A DNA stretch of 60,884 bases from a bacterium (GTDB lineage Bacteria > Chloroflexota > Dormibacteria > Aeolococcales > Aeolococcaceae). Shown here piece by piece: positions 21,303 to 28,289 of the stretch; the first letter of the stretch is position 1, and each line of letters opens with the position of its first letter. The translations under genes and the position numbers were made by a program. Where the stretch lies: the NCBI GenBank assembly GCA_021847925.1, contig JAJZNI010000164.1:1-60884 (forward strand), written 5' to 3'. The notes under the pieces were generated by a model. It did no database searches. It was not told the DNA's origin and worked only from the letters and a program-made list of their open reading frames with translations.

Positions 21303-23081
21303 GTGACCACACCGGAGACGGCGCCAACCCTGAAGCCGGGTGACGTGTTCGCCGGGCGGTATCGGATCAGATCCCGCCTCGGCGAGGGCCACCGGAAGGT
21401 CGTCTATCTCGCCCACGACGGCCGAATGTACCGCGATGTGTCCCTCGCCCTGCTCAAGCGGCACGCCTGGGAGCAGGATCCGACCGCGGCCGAGCAGGAG
21501 ATGCGAGTTCTCGGCGCGGTCGGCCGCCACGACAACATCGTCACCCCCTACGACACCGGGACGGTCGGAACCCAACACTACATGGTGTTCGAGTATCTCC
21601 CCGGTGGCACGCTGCTCGATCACCTCGTGCAGCTGCGTTCCCGAGGGCAGATGCTCCGTGGGGAGGACATACTCCGCCTCGGACGCCAGCTCTGCCGTGC
21701 CCTCTCGCACCTTCACGGGCGGGGAATCATCCACCGGGACCTGTGCCCGAAGAACGTCTGGCTCGACGAACGCCTCGCCGCCCACATCGGCGATTTCGAC
21801 ACCGCGATACTCGCTGCGGACGTCCCCCCTCGCCTCCGTCCGTTGACAAACGGCAGCTATGCGGCTCCCGAAGAGAGCACCGGAGGCCCGATCGATGAGC
21901 GTTCCGATCTGTTCTCGCTCGGAGGCGTCCTCTTCACAGCCGCCGCCGGCCCGGACACGACTCCGCGTCAGCCGGAAGCCCTGTGCGCCACACGCCCGGA
22001 TCTGCCACGCTCCTTCGCTCGTCTCCTCTCCCGACTTCTTTCCAACGATCCCGACGATCGGCCCTCGGACGCCGAGAGCGTGCTCAACTCCCTCCTCGAG
22101 ATCCGGGCGGACCTCGCCAAACATCGCCCGGATCAGGCGTCCAGCAGTATCGACTTCCCCACCCCTGATCCCGCCGAGCTCAGGCTCGCCGCTCAGGTGC
22201 AGCCGACCCGCTACTCGCCCGGCGACGTCATCGGGGGCCGCTTTGATGTGCTTGACCTCCTGGGGCAGGGCGGGTATTCACGCGTCTACCGTGTCCGGGA
22301 CACCGTGGAAGGCGAGGAACGAGCGCTCAAGCTGTTCGACAATGCGGCCGGCTATGAGGCTGTCCGACGCGAGCTCGGCGCTCTGAGGAAGATCCGCCAC
22401 CCGCGCGTCGTCGAAGTGTTCTGGGCCGACAAGACCGACGCCGGCGAATGGTACCTGGTCACCGAGTTCATCGATGGCGAGCCTCTCACCAAGTATGCGG
22501 AGGGCCAAGCTCGCCTTCCAGACCGTGAGGCGGTGGGTCTGTTATTGGATGTGCTCGATGCCGTGGTGGCGATACATCCGGACATCCAACGCATCGAGAC
22601 GCTGAAGGAGAAGGGAACGCGATCAGATCTGTCCGCTGACGAATTCTCCGAGCTCCAGCGCCTTCAGGACGCGGGACTTGTTCATCGTGACCTCAAACCC
22701 AGTAACATCATGCTCACCAGGAAGGGCGCACGGTTGCTGGACTTCAACATAGCATCGCGGGTCGGCGAGACTGTGAGGACCCAGTCCGGTACGCCCGCGT
22801 ATCAGGCGCCGGATTCCCTTCTCACTCGCTGGGATGTATCAACTGACCTGTTCGCGATCGGTGTCGTCCTGTGGAAGCTGCTGTGTGACGGCCAACACCC
22901 CTATCCCGGTGCCAAGCCGATGGTTGACGCGATCCCTCTCGACCCCCAGCAGCTCCGCCCCGACCTCCCTCCTCGCCTGGCCCATTTCCTCACCAAGGCC
23001 TGCGCTCCCGACCGGAGAGATCGATTCCAAAGTGCGGCCGCAATGCGAGACGAGCTCCTGGAGATCCGCGCACTTCTGTAG
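21303..23081 (+). CDS. Soluble protein with two tandem Ser/Thr protein kinase domains (tandem kinase)
   Basis: Domain 1: LGEGHRKVVY, ALLK, IIHRDLCPKNVWL, GDFDTA, YAAPE, DLFSLGGVLF. Domain 2: LGQGGYSRVYRV, ALKLF, LVHRDLKPSNIML, LLDFNIA, AYQAPD, DLFAIGVVLW. No TM or other recognisable domain. GTG start after ggagag. Confidence 0.8.
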   Translation: MTTPETAPTLKPGDVFAGRYRIRSRLGEGHRKVVYLAHDGRMYRDVSLALLKRHAWEQDPTAAEQEMRVLGAVGRHDNIVTPYDTGTVGTQHYMVFEYLPGGTLLDHLVQLRSRGQMLRGEDILRLGRQLCRALSHLHGRGIIHRDLCPKNVWLDERLAAHIGDFDTAILAADVPPRLRPLTNGSYAAPEESTGGPIDERSDLFSLGGVLFTAAAGPDTTPRQPEALCATRPDLPRSFARLLSRLLSNDPDDRPSDAESVLNSLLEIRADLAKHRPDQASSSIDFPTPDPAELRLAAQVQPTRYSPGDVIGGRFDVLDLLGQGGYSRVYRVRDTVEGEERALKLFDNAAGYEAVRRELGALRKIRHPRVVEVFWADKTDAGEWYLVTEFIDGEPLTKYAEGQARLPDREAVGLLLDVLDAVVAIHPDIQRIETLKEKGTRSDLSADEFSELQRLQDAGLVHRDLKPSNIMLTRKGARLLDFNIASRVGETVRTQSGTPAYQAPDSLLTRWDVSTDLFAIGVVLWKLLCDGQHPYPGAKPMVDAIPLDPQQLRPDLPPRLAHFLTKACAPDRRDRFQSAAAMRDELLEIRALL

Positions 23082-23292
23082 GCTCCCGCGGGGTTCGATC
23101 GGCCTGGCATCGTCGTACGTGAACCCCGCCTCGACCCCGAAGGACTTGGAGTCGCGCCCCGCGGATACCCGGGTGCAGCCGCCCATGGGGGGCTTCGCCG
23201 AGCGCGACGGTGGCGTGGCGGCCCTCGGGTTGGAAGGCGTCGAGCTGGGCGGTGGGCCACCCAGCCCCCTGTACCATGGGCGCACGCATGAC

Positions 23293-23910
23293 GTGCTGCC
23301 GCCGACCACGGGAGGGATCATCACGCCGGCACCGCTGCCCACGCCCACGCTGAGCACCGCTCGGCTGCGACTGCGTCCCTTCGACGATGCCGATGCGGAC
23401 GATCTCTTCGCGCTGCACAGCGACCCGCGCGTGCTCCGCTACTGGGATGCACCGCCGTGGAACGAGCGCGGGCGCGCCGAGCGGTTCATCGCCGCTTGCC
23501 GGCAGATGGCGGAGGAGGGCACCGGGGTGCGGCTCGCCGTGGATCGCGCCGGCGACACGGCGTTCATCGGCTGGTGCAGCCTGAACCGGTGGAATCCCGA
23601 CCATCGCAGCGCGTCGCTCGGCTACTGCTTCGATCGCGCGGCGTGGGGCCACGGCTACGCGACGGAGGCCGCACGCGCGGTGCTGCGGTGGGCCTTCGAC
23701 ACGCTGGACCTGAATCGCGTCCAGGCTGAGACCGATACGCGCAACGTGGCATCCGCCCGCGTGCTGGAGAAGCTGGGCTTCGTGCGCGAGGGGACGTTGC
23801 GCGAGGACTGCGTCGTGGACGGCGAGGTCTCGAGCTCGTGGGTCTACGGGCTGATCCGGCGAGAGTGGCGGCCGGCGGCCGAGCCGCCTGGGGACAGCCC
23901 CTCACGGTGA
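23293..23910 (+). CDS. GNAT family N-acetyltransferase (RimJ/RimL-like)
   Basis: C-terminal part of ORF 22834..23910: LRLRPFDDADADDLFALHSDPRVLRYW..., GYCFDRAAWGHGYATEAARAVLRWAF, NVASARVLEKLGFVREGTLRE. The start is uncertain. GTG at 23293 is chosen. A ggaggg at about 23310 has no canonical start close downstream. Confidence 0.75.
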   Translation: MLPPTTGGIITPAPLPTPTLSTARLRLRPFDDADADDLFALHSDPRVLRYWDAPPWNERGRAERFIAACRQMAEEGTGVRLAVDRAGDTAFIGWCSLNRWNPDHRSASLGYCFDRAAWGHGYATEAARAVLRWAFDTLDLNRVQAETDTRNVASARVLEKLGFVREGTLREDCVVDGEVSSSWVYGLIRREWRPAAEPPGDSPSR

Positions 23911-24137
23911 TCCCGACCCGGGCGAACGGGCGACCGGCCCTCGCCGCCCGTGCTCCCGACCCCAACGCCGTGGGCCGGGAGCACGGAGAGGGCCGTCCTC
24001 CATCACCGTCCCCGTCTGGAAGCGGGCTCAGGCAGGGGCGGGACGTTGCGGATGCCGGCTCACCGTCGCGGCGCCATGCACTCCCATCCCGTCGCCGAGC
24101 GCGGCACCGGGACCGGAAGCCTCCTCTCCGCGAGGGG

Positions 24138-24338
24138 TCAGGCGGCGCGGACCTGCGCCGCGCGCGGTCCCTTGACGCTGCGCTCGACCTCGAAGGCCAC
24201 GCGGTCACCCGCGGCGAGCTGGTCGAAGTTGAGCGAGCTGTCCAGTCCGCTGCGATGGAAGAAGTACTCCTCTCCATCGTCGGCCGCGATGAATCCGAAG
24301 CCGCGCTCGTTCACGACCTTCTTGACGATACCGTTCAC
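24138..24338 (-). CDS. Cold-shock protein (CspA family)
   Basis: 66 aa: VNGIVKKVVNERGFGFIAADDGEEYFFHRSGL...GDRVAFEVERSVKGPRAAQV. RNP1/RNP2-like motifs GFGFI and YFFH. GTG at 24338 is preceded by aaggaggg. The rest of ORF 24138..24863 is spurious. Confidence 0.9.
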   Translation of the reverse strand: MNGIVKKVVNERGFGFIAADDGEEYFFHRSGLDSSLNFDQLAAGDRVAFEVERSVKGPRAAQVRAA

Positions 24339-24481
24339 CGGGACGCCCTCCTTGCCTTCTCCAACGTGCAACCGAACGCTGCGCGTCCGTTCGAGAAGGA
24401 GAAGAGACCACGAGCGACCACTCACAGGAGGTGGGTGACCGAAGCGTACCATGCCGTGCCCGGGCGGGCGCCGCCGCGCGC

Positions 24482-25000
24482 CTACTCGCCGAAGGGCGTG
24501 CCCGCTCGCTCCGCCGAGACCACCTCGCCGATCGGCCGGCGGTTCTTCCTGCCCAGACCCACCCGGCCCGCCGGGTACCCGAAGGGCACCACCGCCAGCA
24601 CCTCGTACCTCGGGTCGAGGCCGACGTGCTCGCGCACCTCCTCCAGGCCGCCGAAGCCCGTCCAGTTGGACCCCACCCCCTCGGCCCAGGCGGTGAGGAT
24701 CATCGTCTGGATGGCGCGGCTCACGTCGGAGACACCGTAGGGACTGGACCGCTCGTAGGCGGCGACGATCGCGAACGCGGCCTGGGCCGTGTACGGCCCG
24801 GTGCTGACCAGCCGGCCCAGCGCACGCAGGCCCTCGCGGTCCCGGACCACCACGAAGTGCCACGGCTGCAGGTTGAGCGAGCTGGCCGACAGACGGCCGG
24901 CCTCCACGATCCGCGTGATCACCTCATCCGGCACCGGACGGTCCTGATAGGCGCGGATCGCGAGCACCGTCCGCACCGCTTCGAACACCTGGTTGGCCAT
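24482..25000 (-). CDS. Nitroreductase family protein
   Basis: MANQVFEAVRTVLAIRAYQDRPVPDEVITRIVEAGRLSASSLNLQPWHFVVV... is the typical nitroreductase fold signature. ATG at 25000 follows gaggag. Confidence 0.85.
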   Translation of the reverse strand: MANQVFEAVRTVLAIRAYQDRPVPDEVITRIVEAGRLSASSLNLQPWHFVVVRDREGLRALGRLVSTGPYTAQAAFAIVAAYERSSPYGVSDVSRAIQTMILTAWAEGVGSNWTGFGGLEEVREHVGLDPRYEVLAVVPFGYPAGRVGLGRKNRRPIGEVVSAERAGTPFGE

Positions 25001-25279
25001 GGCTCCTCGCCTCCGATGGATGCACTCGCCGCGCGACCGGTCCCGGATGAGCTCACCCCGGGGGAGCGGCCGGATCACCCGGTGCTGGCCGGCCCGCTCC
25101 ACGCGGTGCCGCCTCTGTGCTCCTCCCGGTACCGGGCGCTCCGCTCCCGCCGCGGCCTCCGACCCAGAGCATCGCACACCGCTCCGCCCTCCATGAGCGT
25201 CCGCTGCGCCTCCGAGCCCGGGCCCGCATGCGCGGTCCGGGCCCCTGGCGGCCGGCCACCCTCCCTACAATCCCGACCC

Positions 25280-27727
25280 GTGCCCGACGCGGCGCTCCTC
25301 TCGCTCGTCGCCGCCCGCTGGGAGGCGCACCCGGCCACCGGGACGTCGGCCCCCCTGGTCCTCGCGGCGTTCCGCGGCCGCGAGGCGGTCCTGGGGGTCC
25401 TCGAGGGAGAGGACGGCGGCGGTGCCACCACCGAGCCCGCGGCGTCCCGGGCGCCCGATCCCGTGCACCTCGCCGCCATCACCGTCGAGGGGTTCCGCGG
25501 CATCGGCGAGCGCGCCACCCTCCGCCTCCACCCGGCCCCGGGCCTCACCCTGGTCGTGGGGCGCAACGGGTCCGGCAAGTCCTCCTTCTCCGAGGCGCTC
25601 GAGATCCTCCTCCTCGGGACCAACCGGCGCTGGGACAGGCGCTCCCCGGTGTGGCGCGACGGCTGGAGGAACCTCCACCATCGCCACACCGTCATCGAGG
25701 CCCGCTTCGCCGCCGACGGACGCCGGGAGCCGCTCGTCGTGAGCCGCCGCTGGGACGACGGCGCCGGCCTCCAGGAGTCGACGCTCTCGGTGGGCGGGCG
25801 GCAGCGCTCCCTGGAGAGCATCGGTTGGGCGCAGCCCCTCGCCTCGTACCCGCCGCTGCTCTCCCACCACGAGCTGGAGAGCGCGCTGGACGACACGCCG
25901 TCGCACCTGTACGACGCCCTCGCCGGGATCCTCGGCCTGGGCGACCTGAGGGCGGCCCAGGAGACCCTTCGCGGGGTCCGCCTCGACCTGGAGCGCGCCG
26001 TGAGAGCGGCCGGCGACCCCGTCGACGCGCTGGTCCGCCGTCTCGAGGACTCCGCCGACGAGCGGGCCGCGACGGTGCTCGCGGCCCTGCGCAGCAGGCC
26101 CTGGGACCTCGATGCCATCGGCGAGACGCTGAGCGGGGAGGCCGCCGCGGACGAGGGGAGCACGCTGCGCCGGCTCTCCGACCTGGCCGCGCTCCCCGTG
26201 CTGGCACGCGAGGAGCTGGAGGCGACCGTCCGCGGCCTGCGCGACGCGGACCGCCTGGTGACCGAGCTCCAGCGCGGCGAGGGCGCGCGCGCCGACGAGC
26301 TGGCGGACCTCCTGGAGAGGGCGCTCGAGGTCCACGCCCACGCCGCCGGTCAGACCGCCTGCCCGGTGTGCGGGACCGAGGGCGTGCTGACGTACGCGTG
26401 GCGCCGGCACACGGGAGAGCGGCTTCGGTCGCTGCGGGAGGATGCCGAGGCGCTGCGCGCGGCCCGTGCGAGACGGGAGGCGGCGATCGCCGGCGCGACC
26501 CTGCTGGTCACGGCGGTCCCCGCGCCGCTCACGGAGTCGGGGGACCCCGGGGTGCCCGTGGAACCGGCGCTGCAGGCCTGGCGGCGCTGGAGCGCGATCC
26601 CGGAGGGTGGAGATGCCCAGCGGCTCGCCGCCCACCTCCAGGAGCGGGGACAGCAGCTCATCGCCGCCGTCGCCGAGCTGCGCCGCAGCGCGAGGGAGGA
26701 GCTGGATCGGCGCCAGCGCACCTGGCGACCGATCGCCGACACCCTCGTCACGTGGCTGCCGGCCGCGCGCGACGCCCGGGCCGCCGCGGAGCGGGTCCCC
26801 GCCGTTCGCGCCGCCGAGACGTGGCTGCGCGACGCCCACGACGAGCTGCGCGACGAGCGCTTCCGCCCCATCGCCGAGGCGGTCCAGGCCAACTGGAGCG
26901 CCCTGCGCCAGGACAGCAACGTGAGCCTGGGCGTGCTGCGCCTCGCCGGGGCGAGCACGCGGCGGCAGCTCGTCCTCGACGGGAGCGTGGACGGGGAGGC
27001 GGCGCCGCTCCTCGGGGTGATGAGCCAGGGCGAGTTGAACTGCCTCGCCCTCTCGCTCTTCCTCCCCCGCGCGTCCCAGCCCGAGTCCCCATTTCGCTTC
27101 GTGGTCATCGACGACCCCGTGCAGGCCATGGATCCCTCCAAGGTCGAGGGGCTGGCGACGGCGCTGGCGGCCGCGGCGCGGGACCGCCAGGTGGTGGTCC
27201 TCACCCACGACACGCGCCTGCCCGAGGCGGTCCGGTTCCTCCGCCTCCCCGCCACGGTGATCGAGGTTGCGCGCCGCGAGGGATCGATCGTCGAGCTGCG
27301 CGAGCTGGACAGCCCGGTGCGCCGTCACATCGACGACGCCCTGGCGGTGGCCCGGAGCGACGGGCTCCCCCCGGAGGCCCGCCGGGTGGTGGCGGGCTTC
27401 TGCCGCATGGCCCTGGAGGCGGCGGCCACCCGGGCGGTGGCGCAGAGGATGCGCCGGGAGGGCAGGCGCTTCGCGGACGTGGAGGCTGAGCTGGAGCGTC
27501 CCACCACGCTCCTCATGCTCCTCGCCCTGGCGCTCTTCGGCGACGCGTCGCGCTCCGCCGACGTCGTCCCCCGGCTGGCGCGCGACGAGCCGGGCGCGGC
27601 CGAGACGCTGCGCATCTGCAACCGGGGCGCGCACGGCGGGGCGATCCCCGGCGATCCCGCCGCCTTCGTGAGGGTGGTCGAATCCCTGACCCGGCTGCTC
27701 GCACCGCCGGAGCCGGCCGGTGGCTGA
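25280..27727 (+). CDS. Rad50/SbcC/RloC-like ABC ATPase with coiled-coil insertion, CxxC zinc hook and a C-terminal HEPN/DUF4145-like domain
   Basis: C-terminal 815 aa of ORF 24431..27727. Walker A GRNGSGKSS, signature MSQGELNCLALSLF, Walker B FVVIDDPVQAMD, H-loop VLTHDTRL. About 350 aa of helical, Arg/Glu/Ala/Leu-rich sequence lie between the head halves, with CPVCG at aa 361-364 (nt 26360-26374). C-terminal motif LRICNRGAHG (R778...H785, nt 27611-27634). GTG at 25280 lies 8 nt after TACAAT (alternative ATG at 25193). Confidence 0.8.
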   Translation: MPDAALLSLVAARWEAHPATGTSAPLVLAAFRGREAVLGVLEGEDGGGATTEPAASRAPDPVHLAAITVEGFRGIGERATLRLHPAPGLTLVVGRNGSGKSSFSEALEILLLGTNRRWDRRSPVWRDGWRNLHHRHTVIEARFAADGRREPLVVSRRWDDGAGLQESTLSVGGRQRSLESIGWAQPLASYPPLLSHHELESALDDTPSHLYDALAGILGLGDLRAAQETLRGVRLDLERAVRAAGDPVDALVRRLEDSADERAATVLAALRSRPWDLDAIGETLSGEAAADEGSTLRRLSDLAALPVLAREELEATVRGLRDADRLVTELQRGEGARADELADLLERALEVHAHAAGQTACPVCGTEGVLTYAWRRHTGERLRSLREDAEALRAARARREAAIAGATLLVTAVPAPLTESGDPGVPVEPALQAWRRWSAIPEGGDAQRLAAHLQERGQQLIAAVAELRRSAREELDRRQRTWRPIADTLVTWLPAARDARAAAERVPAVRAAETWLRDAHDELRDERFRPIAEAVQANWSALRQDSNVSLGVLRLAGASTRRQLVLDGSVDGEAAPLLGVMSQGELNCLALSLFLPRASQPESPFRFVVIDDPVQAMDPSKVEGLATALAAAARDRQVVVLTHDTRLPEAVRFLRLPATVIEVARREGSIVELRELDSPVRRHIDDALAVARSDGLPPEARRVVAGFCRMALEAAATRAVAQRMRREGRRFADVEAELERPTTLLMLLALALFGDASRSADVVPRLARDEPGAAETLRICNRGAHGGAIPGDPAAFVRVVESLTRLLAPPEPAGG

Positions 27728-28148
27728 GGAGAGCGACCCCCACGCCCTGGTCGCCGCCGCCCGCGATGTGGCCCGCATCGAGACGGAGGCCACCGCCGGG
27801 CTGTGGCCCAGGGCGGCCGCCCTCCTCACCCGCCAGGCCCTGGAGGCCGCGATGGCACGCCTCTGGGCGGCCACGGCCCCGGGGCTGGAGCGCACCTCCG
27901 GTCGCTGCCAGGTCCTCTGCGTGGGCACCCTCCTCGGCGACCCGGACCTCGGCGGCCGCGTCACTCTCGCCTGGAACGTCCTCTCGGAGGCCTGCCACCA
28001 CCGCGTGTACCGGCTGCCCCCCACCGCCTCCGAGCTGGAGCGGGCTTTCGAGGCGGCGTGGGACCTCGCCGAGGCGACGGAGGCCCTGGCCTGCGAGGCC
28101 GCGGAGAGGCGCGGGCGGCTCCCCCCCCGCGCTGAGGGTCTCCCGTGA
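27720..28148 (+). CDS. Small helical protein, apparent paralogue of the upstream ATPase C-terminal domain (motif Arg replaced by Asn)
   Basis: 142-aa ORF with very high GC3. Its GTG overlaps the ATPase stop (GTGGCTGA). By-eye alignment: TRQALEAAMARLW vs CRMALEAAATRAV, GTLLGD vs LALFGD, WNVLSEACHH vs LRICNRGAHG. Confidence 0.6.
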   Translation: MAEESDPHALVAAARDVARIETEATAGLWPRAAALLTRQALEAAMARLWAATAPGLERTSGRCQVLCVGTLLGDPDLGGRVTLAWNVLSEACHHRVYRLPPTASELERAFEAAWDLAEATEALACEAAERRGRLPPRAEGLP

Positions 28149-28206
28149 CCCGCGGCAGCCCCTCCCCCGCCGCCGTCCCCTCCCTGTGCGACGTTTCAAC
28201 CAGTAC

Positions 28207-28235
28207 TTGACAGCTTCAACAACCACTGGTAATGT
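28207..28235 (+). promoter_or_regulatory. Sigma-70-type promoter candidate for the YheO-like regulator operon
   Basis: TTGACA (28207-28212), 17-nt spacer, TAATGT (28230-28235), in a locally AT-rich stretch 55 nt upstream of the GTG at 28290. The TTCAAC direct repeats (28195-28200, 28215-28220) flank the -35 box. Confidence 0.5.
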
Positions 28236-28289
28236 CCCGCGCCACCACAAGTCCCGCGGACGAGGACGCAGCGCATCCGAGGCACCGAG

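Noticed and set aside
23293-23910. GNAT as a toxin of a GNAT/RHH toxin-antitoxin pair or as a partner of the tandem kinase
   Set aside because: The sequence pattern is RimJ/RimL-like. No small upstream RHH/antitoxin ORF is evident, and it is separated from the kinase gene by about 210 nt with no coupling.
23950-23984. Hairpin gtgctcccg-(17 nt)-cgggagcac after the GNAT gene, and gcgcccc-agcg-ggggcgc at 40486-40503, as terminators
   Set aside because: Short stems, a large loop (the first) and no U-tracts. In this GC context such stems arise easily, so they are not called as features.
24431-25279. 5' extension making the ATPase ORF 1098 aa
   Set aside because: This part is antisense to the nitroreductase gene (24482-25000) and to its promoter region. 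Its translation is Arg/Pro-rich with no motifs. The ABC head begins only after about 25470.
21171-28200. Classical integrative island at tRNA-Arg
   Set aside because: No integrase, recombinase or transposase gene is present. I also could not find a direct repeat of the tRNA-Arg 3' end (ggttcgagtcctgcagggggcgcca) downstream. The nearest look-alike (ggggttcgatcggcctggc at about 23091) matches only the ggttcga core. It is kept only as a compositional observation.
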